This document shows, in pieces, positions 53,833-64,000 of a DNA stretch of 64,000 nucleotides. A model generated the notes under the pieces. It was not told the origin of the DNA. It searched no databases and saw only the letters and a list, made by a program, of their open reading frames with translations. The stretch is from Octopus vulgaris. Lineage: Eukaryota. The DNA lies in contig OX597815.1 in NCBI GenBank assembly GCA_951406725.2, positions 150,846,001 through 150,910,000 on the forward strand. The letters run 5' to 3'. Each line of letters opens with the position of its first letter. Within the stretch, counting starts at the first letter, position 1. The translations under genes were made by a program, and so were the position numbers.

Positions 53833-55584
53833 TCTTGATATATTATCTATCTATCTAATTATGTTAAGTTATATTAATCCAATAGTAGGGGGGTAATAGA
53901 GAAAGAGAGCGTCTATGTACTTAAGGAGAGATTGGGAGCCAAGAGAAGAGAGCAAGAGAGAAGAGGAAGAGGAGAGATATTTTGTCTATCTATCTATCTA
54001 ATTATATTAAGTTATATTAATCCAATAGTGCAATAGGGGAGGTAGGGGGGTAATAGAGAAAGAGAGCGTCCATGCACTTAAGGAGAGATTGGGAGCCAAG
54101 AGAAGAGAGCAAGAGAGAAGAGGAAGAGGAGATACTGAGTGCTGAAGGAAGATAGAGAGAAAGCCTCTATGCCCTCAGAGAGAGATTGAGAGCTGAGAGA
54201 GGAGAGCTGAGACAGACAGAGAAGCGCAAGGGAGAGAACCGAAGAGACAGACAGAATTCTAAACGAAGTTGTTGGGCCAAGGAGGGGCGCAGGGAGAGAA
54301 CTGAAGAGACAGACAGAGAAGCGCAAGGGAGGGAACTAAAGAGACAGACAGAGAAGGGCAAGGGAGAGAACTGAAGAGATAGACAGAATTCTAAACGAAG
54401 CTATTGGGACATACACATGTATACACACACACACACACATACACACATGTACACACGTGTGCACATGCACATATATAGACAAGAGTAACAAGTGAGTATA
54501 TAAAGAAACAAAAATAATAATGAAACATATATAAACATATATTACAAAACATATATAAACATATATTACAAAAGTAATAATAGTGAGAAATTATAAGACA
54601 ATAATAATAATAAAAATAAAACAGCTGAAAGAAAACAGGCCAGTAGATTTTACAGAGTTTATATATATGTATATGTAGTATATACACACACACACATATA
54701 TATAACACACACACATATATACACACACATATATTTAACAAGTGATAATAATAATAGATAATAAAATAGAATAATAATAAAAATAATAATAATAAAACAG
54801 CTGAAAGAAAACAAGCCAAGAGATTTTACAGAGTTTGTACATATACATATAATATATACACACACATACATATACAATACATATACACACACATATATAT
54901 CTAAGCAGAGGAAAAGAGAAAAGGGAATATATACATTTGTCCGCCGCAACAGACAAATTCTTCTATAACAGAACTAATTGCGACTATACTTCTAATAATA
55001 ATAATAATAATAAAACAGCTGAAAGAAAACACGCCAGGAGGTTTACAGTTTAAGCAAAGAAAAAAAAAGAAATGGCAATATATATTTATTTCGCTACAGA
55101 CAATGTCTCTTAAGATAAACTACAATACGATTCTACTACTAACACACACACACACATGCATGGATATATAGATATATACGCACATGTACGCATATACATA
55201 TATAAACAGAGTAACAGGTAATTTATAGATAATAGATATAACGAAATTAACAGTAACAAGAATTTGTGATACGTTTTTGCGAGGATATAAACAGGAATTT
55301 GGGTACTTATCGACTGGAAATAAATTTAGAGGATTCCACGTGCGTTTCGGCAGACAGAGATCTTTGTGTCAAAACTTGACTTGTGGCAGGAATATATTGC
55401 GATTTTTTAAGCAAATATCCAGGTACGCGTCTATAAAGTAACAATTTCTACGTTTTGTGAGTGATTTGCCAAGTTATTTCGTCGATTTTATGCAGCCCTT
55501 CTTGTTTTTTTTATCGCAGAGCGAGACAACACGTGTTTACTCTATATTTATATATTTATTTATATATATATATTTATATATATA

Positions 55585-55630
<46 letters not shown>

Positions 55631-55644
55631 AGTGTGTATATATA

Positions 55645-55677
<33 letters not shown>

Positions 55678-55746
55678 TACATTATTTAATGCATATATAT
55701 GTATATTTACATACGTATCTGTATAACAGATAGATATATATGTATA

Positions 55747-55813
<67 letters not shown>

Positions 55814-56257
55814 TAAGTATGTATGTGTTTAGTTATTCTGCATTTAATATTCTATCGTCTACATTCTTCTTCCTACGGCATGAGCCTTCACTCTGAAGTA
55901 TCGCAAAATATAATTTCCAGCCACTGCTATGTTTTGATCTTTTTCAATTCCCGACGTGTGTTTGTGTGTGTGTGTGTATGTGTGCATGTGTGTGTATGTA
56001 TGTATGTGTGTGTGTCTCCATGCACTCCAAATATTTGCACATATACACACAAGCATGCACAACTTCTACGTTACTGTTATTGAAGTTCCATTGAAGGAGC
56101 CTCAGATCCAAGATAGAAACCGGCTCTTTCTCCATTGGTAAGAATTCTAGAAATAAAATTAAATAACATACAGACAGACATGTATGTATACGTATATATA
56201 TATGTGTGTGTGTGTATGTGTATATGTATGTATATATATATATATATATATATATAC

Positions 56258-56560
56258 ATTTATTTTATAGAAGGAGCTTCTACAGGACTAGAACTGTTTC
56301 ATTCAAAGAAATCATCAGGAAGCTAGGTGACAAGAATAGTTTTGGCATTTATACATTTAGACAGGTTTAAAGGGGTGGTGGTGGGGGACTTTTTGGGGTA
56401 GGCATGGCGCCATGCCTACCCCAAAAAGTCCCCCACCACCACCCCTTTAAACCTGTCTAAATGTATAAATGCCAAAACTATTCTTGTCACCTAGCTTCCT
56501 GATGATTTCTTTTGAATGAAACAGTCCTAGTCCTGTAGAAGCTCCTTCTATAAAATAAAT
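56258..56560. repeat. Near-perfect palindrome (~151-bp arms, no spacer)
   Basis: Centre ggcatgg-cg-ccatgcc at 56408/56409; by eye one mismatch and one 1-nt indel between arms. Confidence 0.95.
56493..56543 (+). ncRNA. Type I hammerhead ribozyme (right arm of palindrome; mirror copy on the minus strand at ~56275-56325)
   Basis: AGCTTC-CTGATGA-tttcttttgaat-GAAACAG...CTGTA-GAAGCT. Confidence 0.8.
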
Positions 56561-56829
56561 TAATTTACTCTGCTATGTATTGAGTACCTTATTTACTGTG
56601 GTTAACCCCGACTCAACCCGGGACCTACATATATATATATACATATATACATAGATATATATATGTATATATATAAATACATACATATATGTATGTATGT
56701 ATATATATATACATATATATGCACACATATAAATATGTATATGTGTATATACATATATATATATAAGTATATATGTATATACATATATATATATCTGTAT
56801 ATATATATATATATATATAAGTATATATG

Positions 56830-56874
<45 letters not shown>

Positions 56875-57061
56875 ATACACATATTATAAGTGTATGTATA
56901 TGTATAAAAATATATATATACATATATATATAAACATATGTATATATATGTATATATGTGTGTATATGTATATATATACATATATATACATATATATATA
57001 CATACATATATATATATGTATATATATATACATATATATATATGCATATATATATACATAT

Positions 57062-57114
<53 letters not shown>

Positions 57115-58547
57115 TGTTCTCCAACTTACAAATATTCGTTATTAAAATCGACTCAACAATGGTTTTACGACTATCTCTATTGCAACCAGCAATTAAGCAA
57201 ACCACCGACCTCCCCAGTCTCGCCACCGTCTCCACACCACTAACCTAATGGCAGTGCCTACTTTCTGTCTGGCTATCACATTTTAAACCTAATATACACA
57301 AATCTAGTCTACTTCTAGTCACCACAATACAGACATGTGTGCGCGTGTATGTGTGTATGTGAGTGCATGCGTGTGTATATGTGTGCATGTATTTTGCGCG
57401 TGTGCGTGCGTGATGCGTAAGTAGGTATATATTTGCTACTCACGTCTATACTATATTAACATGATTCCTGTATTATTAACACAGCTCATATTGATGTCCT
57501 GAGAACGGTTATATGTATAACCATAAGCTCCACCCCTTTCTTTATTTATCTACCCCACCTTCCTGTCTTTTCTCTCTCTATATATATATGTGTGTGTGTA
57601 TGTAAGTGTACATATATATGAATATATGTATATAAATATTTGTGTTTTGGCATGTGTGTGTCTGTGTGTCTGTGTGTCGTTTAATGAATACACGGGTTAT
57701 GTATGGATATTGCAGTAATTGGACAGACTTGTATCGCAATACAATACGATTTCCGGATCGTTCGCGGTACACTATTCAATGCCGTCCGATCACTGCACCA
57801 ACCTTGCATGAAGCCGCTCATGCCTAACTCTGTTTTTCATTAAATAATGCTTATCTCTCACTAGATTAAGTAATTTTATTTGTTAACCCCACCAACAAGC
57901 AAACAGTACACTGTGTGTGTATGTGTGTGTGTGTGTGTGTGTGCATCATCAAATTCGCACTATTGTCCATACCCTTCCTTCAGCTTGTTAATTAACTCTA
58001 CCTGTTCCTTGTTTTCTATTACAACAGTGAATTTTATGCAGTCCCATAAGGAAATGGCATATTCTCTTTAGACGCTCCTCGTCACTAATCTGAACTCGTT
58101 ATTGTTTCTGTTTTATTTCAATTTCACTGACACCGACAGTTTCTTTTTACCTTCCCTAACTTCCTTCCTCATTCCATTTCCTTCATTATTAATTATTGAT
58201 AATTTTTCTGAAAAATTTTCGAATTGAAAAGCCAGCATTTTATTTACTGCCGACAAGGAGCTGCGCTTGCACAGTAGATTTGAAAAATTAGAATGCATAA
58301 GAACATGGCATATACTGGATTGCCTCGTGTATATATATTTAATCTAAGGTGTACCTGCTGAAGAAAACTTCGCCTAGCAAATTTTTTTATTTGCTAAAAA
58401 AAGTCCCTTCAAAATTTTATTACTTTATTTGCTAAAAAAATGTCCCTTCGAAATTTTACCCCTAATAGTGGTTTGGAATTTAACTTTCCTCTCTAGCGTG
58501 CAAGGAATCCTATGATGGATGCTTCTTGTGTGTTTAAATGTACACTG

Positions 58548-58584
<37 letters not shown>

Positions 58585-58604
58585 ATTATGTATGTATATA
58601 TATA

Positions 58605-58768
58605 GGCGCAGGCGTGACTGTGTGGTAAGAAACTTGCTTCCCAACTACATGATTCCGGGTTCAGTCCCACTACGTGGCACCTTGGACAAGTGTCTTCTAC
58701 TATAGATTCTAGCCAGCCAAACCCTTGTGAGTGGATTAGGTAGACGGAAACATAAAGAAGCCCGTCGT

Positions 58769-58805
<37 letters not shown>

Positions 58806-59013
58806 TGTGTCTTTATGTCTGTACCCCTACCACCGCTTGACAACCGGTGTCAGTGTGCTTGCGTCCCCGTAATTGGCGGTTCGGCAAAAGAGACCGATAG
58901 GATAAGTACCAAGCTTTAAAAATTTAAGTACTGGGATCGATTCATTCGACTAAAGAATCTTTAAGGCGGTGCCCTTTTATGACCGCAGCCAATTGACTAA
59001 AAGAAGTAAAAGA
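58605..59013 (+). mobile_element. tRNA-derived SINE family B (complete copy, internal TA/CA tract)
   Basis: Head GGCGCAGGCGTGACTGTGTGGTAAG...GGGTTCAGTCCCAC; tail GGCGGTGCC...CAGCC-AATT-GACT. Homologous to 2062-2443, 6450-6985, 35275-35508 and 37370-37790. Confidence 0.85.
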
Positions 59014-60149
59014 TACACGATAAAAGATAAAGATATAGTTTGGAGGAGAATTAACCCTGAGTTAGAAGTAATTATGGATCTCGACAGAATAATTCATTTA
59101 AAAAGAAACAATTCACAAAGCCAAATATTTATCGGTCATGTGTATAGGTCACTTAAAATAAAGATTCAATAATGAAAACACAAATAACACGGAAGTTAAA
59201 CAAATGCAATGAAAATATTGAGAGCGTAAATCAAGAAGATAGACCAAACACGTGCATAATAAACAAAGCAAATAACAAAACATAAGAAAATAAAACTGTA
59301 CAACACTAATATAATACCGCTAAACAAAATCTAATCAGTAAAAATAATATATAGTAAAAAGAGGGAACATGAGAAGGATTTAAGAATAGTAAAAAGCTAA
59401 AGATGGAAACTACCAAGATTACAATAGTCTGATGGTGGAAATTGTTAAATAAGATAAATATAAAATAAAGATTTTTATATAGAGCAACGAAAGCACATAC
59501 AAAGAATAAAATTTAACGATGAAATAGTTATAATAAGAAATCACAGATTTAGTGAAAACAGACACGAACATCAATATCACTAGGACAAACAAAATAATAT
59601 ATTCTGCAGCCACTGTAGTTACAAAGAAAATTGTTTATCACTCAGATCTACTTATATAGGAATATCAAAAAAATATCGAATCAAATGATTTGGAAAACTG
59701 AAAAAAATATAAAAGCAAAACACTTTTAATCTTCAATGAAATCGATAAAAGAAAACCAAATAAAAGAAACTGAGGAATGTTATAGGAATATAGCGCAAAA
59801 AAGAAAAAGTATATACGAAATCAAGAATGCCTAAAACAATGGATCTAAAATTTAGAACAATTTTTTTCTAGCGAATTATCGATAACTAGGAGAAAATATT
59901 TATTATTAATCTATTTGTATTCACATGTGCGTTTCAACCTGATATGTTTCGCCAGTGCAATTTTTCAATTTCAATTTAGTGCTTAGAATTTTTAGTAGAG
60001 TTATGCAGGACAAAGAATCTGAATGTAGCAACTGTAGAACCCAACCCAAAACGATGTTATTTGAAGTTACGGTGTAATTACAGACAAGGAGAGAAAATAA
60101 ATCCCCGAGAAAAGAAATTTAACTTCATTTGTTAAATAAAATTTAAAGA

Positions 60150-60380
60150 AGTGAATAATGGATCCGGATGTGTAGAACAAATGGTTTCTAACTGCAAAAT
60201 GAATTATGTAATTTACACGCGAACTTGTTTACCTCAGAACACAAGTATAGTCCCTCGGCACAAGATGGAACCAAATTACTCTGCAACACGATACATTAAA
60301 AGGACAAGACAGCTACTTGATATACCAATAAACTGCCATCAAATCTCAGGTAAAAAGAAGAAATACCAAAATTAATATCT
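60150..60380 (+). mobile_element. Decayed GIY-YIG (Penelope-like) remnant
   Basis: NCKMNYVIYTRTC...RYIKRTRQLLDIPINCH resembles C...NVIY..TC...YIG.T...L..R...H. Confidence 0.45.
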
Positions 60381-60664
60381 TCTTCACAATCTTAATCAAA
60401 TCTAAAATATTTTTTTAAATTTCTACTGTACGTACAAGGCCTGGAATCTTGGTGGAGAGAATAGATGATTACATCGACACCAGTGCTTAACTGGCATAAA
60501 TTTTTACCGACCTTGAAAGGATGAAATATAACGTCATCTTCGGCGCAATTTGAACTCAGAACATAAAACCGGAAGAAATACTACTAACCACGTTTTCCGT
60601 CGTGCTAGACGATTCCGCCTGATCACCACCTTCAAAAACACTTAATCTTTGTTTCTCTAATCAC

Positions 60665-60995
60665 TTTCTGACTAAAATAAAATTTTGAACTGGTTGTTGC
60701 CTTTCCTCTCAGTTTAGCTGACTTTCATAACTACCCGATTAAAATACTTTAATACGTTTAATATTCAAAATTTCACAGACAAAATCTATGAGGTTGAAAT
60801 GCGTGTTATTAAAATACAAATATATTAATCGTGTTATTTGTTTGATTTTCAGGATTTATATATTTGCCCTAGAATTTCGCAAAACAAAAATAATAATAGT
60901 AATAATAATAATAATGTCGTTGCATCAAATTATTTAGCTTCAATCGTTTTAGAAAGCTAAAAAAATAACTAACGAACTTTATTATACATAAATAT

Positions 60996-61051
<56 letters not shown>

Positions 61052-61890
61052 GTATAGGATAGAAGCACATAGAAGGAGAGCGACCTCTTTGTGAATATTC
61101 GTGTATGCATATGTGCAACTCGATTTGTGTGTATCTGTGTTTTCACATATATGAGTGTCTGTTAGCATATATCTGTGCATATTTCGTGCTTGTACTTGCG
61201 TGCGTGGGAATATCTCCATGCAGATAGATAGTTAGATAGATAGATAGCAAAATGCAATAGAAGAATATATTTATTTCCTATTTCAGCTCATATATAAAAG
61301 CGAGTTACTGGATCAATAACTTATGATTCTGCTTGCCATGTTTGCCATGAACTTTTTTGTTTCATTGTTTCCAGAACATGAAAAGGGTTTTCGTTATTTG
61401 ATTCAATAACATGAACCATTTCAGCCATTACAAAACAGTACCAGGCCAATAAAGAAATTATAATAGAAGGTTGTGGAGTATGAATAATATGTGTTTGTTT
61501 GTGTGTATATTTGTATGTAACTGTGTGTTCGTTTGTGTGTGTTTTGTAAGATATAGAAAGCGACATATATATGACAATGTGGTATAAATTTCAAAATACG
61601 GAATAACCAAATAGGCTCTCCAAAAAGCCACGTTGAGTTGTTCATGAATCTTGAAAAGCCTGATCCTGAAATCCTTGCATGATCTACATTCTAAGCTATT
61701 ATTTCTTATCGTGCTGTTGCTTTTGCGCAATAGCAAATGCTCAAATCAAACTTCTGACTAAAATAACATTTTGAACTGGTTGTTGCCTTTCCTCCCAGTT
61801 TAGATGACTTTCATAACTACCCGATTAAAATACTTTAATGCGTGTAAATAATCAAAATTTCACTGACGAAATCTCTGAGGTTGAAATGCG
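60665..61890. repeat. Pair of ~140-bp direct repeats about 1.09 kb apart
   Basis: 60665-60803 and 61751-61890 share ttctgactaaaata...gaactggttgttgcctttcc...actacccgattaaaatacttt...gaggttgaaatgcg. Confidence 0.9.
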
Positions 61891-62084
61891 AAGGTACTGA
61901 GTTAATATAAAGGTTACTTCCTTCGTAATGAGTATTACTAATGCGAAAGAAAAAAATGATCAGGAAGGAAGCTAACTCTTAACGTTGTTGTTCAGCTTCT
62001 ATATAATTTATTTTGATTGTGTAATATCGCTTAGACCATCTTTGTCCTTATCTGGAACTTCAGGTTTGCAGAAATGCTGTCTTC

Positions 62085-62400
62085 GTGTGGTTCAGTGGTT
62101 AGGATACTCGGCACAGGATCGTAAGATCGTGTGTTCAATTCCCGGCGACGCGCTGTGTCTTCGAGTAAGACACTTTATTTCACCATGTTCCAGTCCACTC
62201 AGCTGGCAAAATTGAATTGTACCTGTAATTCAAAAGGGCCAGCCTTGTCACATTCTGTGTCACACTGATTCACCCTGAGAACCTCGTTATTGGTACGCGT
62301 GTTTGTGGGGGTACTCAGCCACTTGCATGTTAATTTCACGAGCTGGCTATTTCGTTGATCGGGTCGAGTGAAATCCTCGTCGTCGTAACCGCCGAAGTGT
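62085..62400 (+). mobile_element. tRNA-derived SINE (head variant C2)
   Basis: GTGGTTCAGTGGTTAGG...GTTCAATTCCC; tail shared with the 12187 copy. Confidence 0.8.
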
Positions 62401-62945
62401 CAGTTTTAGTACCACGCATTAGTGCATTCCATCCGTGACCATCATGTTTTTATTCAGTCTGCATGTCTAAAACTACATTATCCTGAGTGTCCTACTTTTC
62501 ACATCAAACAACTCGATTGTGATTTAAGAGAGATCTAGTTCTGCCTGCCATGAAGCACCATCCTGTCTTTTAGTCTGACAGTCTATCTAAAATCACATTA
62601 TCCAATGTCCTACTTTTGAAGACAATAGATTGTGATTTGAAAGAGATTTGGCTGCTTTGACAACCATTCCATCTTTTATTCTGACAGAATATATCTAAAA
62701 TTATATATTCAAGTGTATCTCACCTTTCTTTTAAAGACAGCAGGTTGTGATTTGAGAGAAAGATTTGACTGTTACTTCGTCTTACGTTCGTTTCTATATC
62801 GACTATCTCTCTTCGAGATCTTCTCCAGATTATTTTGTTAGCGGAAACGAAATCTCAATATTTCTTTGAATACCCCAAAAATATATACTTTTTTCTCTTG
62901 TCTTACATTTCTTCCTTTCTACATATCTCTTGCTTTTTCTTTATT

Positions 62946-63024
<79 letters not shown>

Positions 63025-63673
63025 TTCTATCTCACTTTTACACTTATTCTTCACTCTCTCTCTCTCTCACTCATTTTCTATCTGTTTCATTATTTCTCTT
63101 CTTCTCTTCCGCTTCTCTCCCTCTTTCTAACTCGACACTTTTCTCTGAAAATGCCATTAATAAAACTTTTGTTCTCATACGGAAAAAATATGTAAAGCAG
63201 TTCAAATTATAGGTGTCTAAAATTTGGAGCATTGAAATTACATCTGAACTATTATTATTAAGATTTTGGAGACAGATATACAGAGAGAAGACATAGAGAC
63301 AGACAGCGTGAGAGAGTGGTGTAGGAAAGAAAAGAGGCGGGGAAATACTTCAACAAAATAAACAGACAGAGAATTAAAGTCAAAGAGAATATTAGACACA
63401 TTTAAACTAACATAGCAGAAATGCTAGATTTTAACAAGTAGTTTCGTAAAAGAAATCAAAAAAAGAAAAACGAATATTTCATGTAACAGACGTTATACAC
63501 AAACACATACACACATATTATTCATGTGTGTGCGTGGGTGTGTAGAGAGAGAGAAAAAGAAGAAAGATAGATAGAAAGATAGATAGATAGATAGAGAGAT
63601 AGAGAGATAGAGAGATAAATAGATAGAGCTACATATATGCATATACATGCACACGCATACACACACACACACT

Positions 63674-63729
<56 letters not shown>

Positions 63730-63918
63730 ATATGTGTTTGTATGTATATATATATATATATACATATTTATAATATGTGTTTGTATTTATATCTATATAC
63801 ATATGTATATATACTTGCGAGCGCGTGTTTCAGTATGTAGGCATATATACACAAATATATACGTATACTTATATATATGTTTGTACCTGTGTGTATACAT
63901 ACACACACATATACACAA

Positions 63919-63983
<65 letters not shown>

Positions 63984-64000
63984 TATATATATTTATATAT

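Larger units (their letters stand above)
49904..55545 (-). mobile_element. Near full-length LINE: long repetitive 5'UTR, ORF1, ORF2, short stem-loop 3'UTR and (AATC)n tail, between (TA)n tracts
   Basis: (ATTG)n on the + strand at 49904-49927 abuts (TA)n. The 3'UTR hairpin is CAGCT-CATA-AGCTG. The 5' boundary is uncertain (55380-55545). Confidence 0.8.

Overview
This is AT-rich eukaryotic DNA, not prokaryotic, and it is saturated with microsatellites ((TA)n, (CA)n, (TAA)n, (GATA)n, (TTC)n). Its SINE and LINE content suggests a cephalopod (Octopus-like) genome; that is an inference. I found no convincing host protein-coding gene, and almost all listed ORFs are translated microsatellites. The real coding content is retroelement-derived: (1) a near full-length APE+RT LINE on the minus strand (~49.9-55.5 kb) with an intact ORF2 and a frameshifted ORF1 carrying Myb/SANT-like and CCCH zinc-finger motifs; (2) several R4/Dong-type RLE LINE pieces sitting in (TAA)n tracts; (3) many decayed Penelope-like (RT, GIY-YIG) fragments; (4) a mariner fragment; (5) several tRNA-derived SINE families. 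The most striking signal is a set of sequence-unrelated type I hammerhead ribozyme motifs (CTGANGA...GAAAC...GTH with paired stems) in small non-coding elements. These include a 582-bp retrozyme-like unit with identical 91-bp direct repeats, a near-perfect ~300-bp palindrome with a hammerhead in each arm, and a tRNA-headed (Pol III-type) element ending in a hammerhead-bearing Penelope-like terminal repeat, a candidate Penelope-mobilised SINE. All calls were made by eye and element boundaries are approximate.
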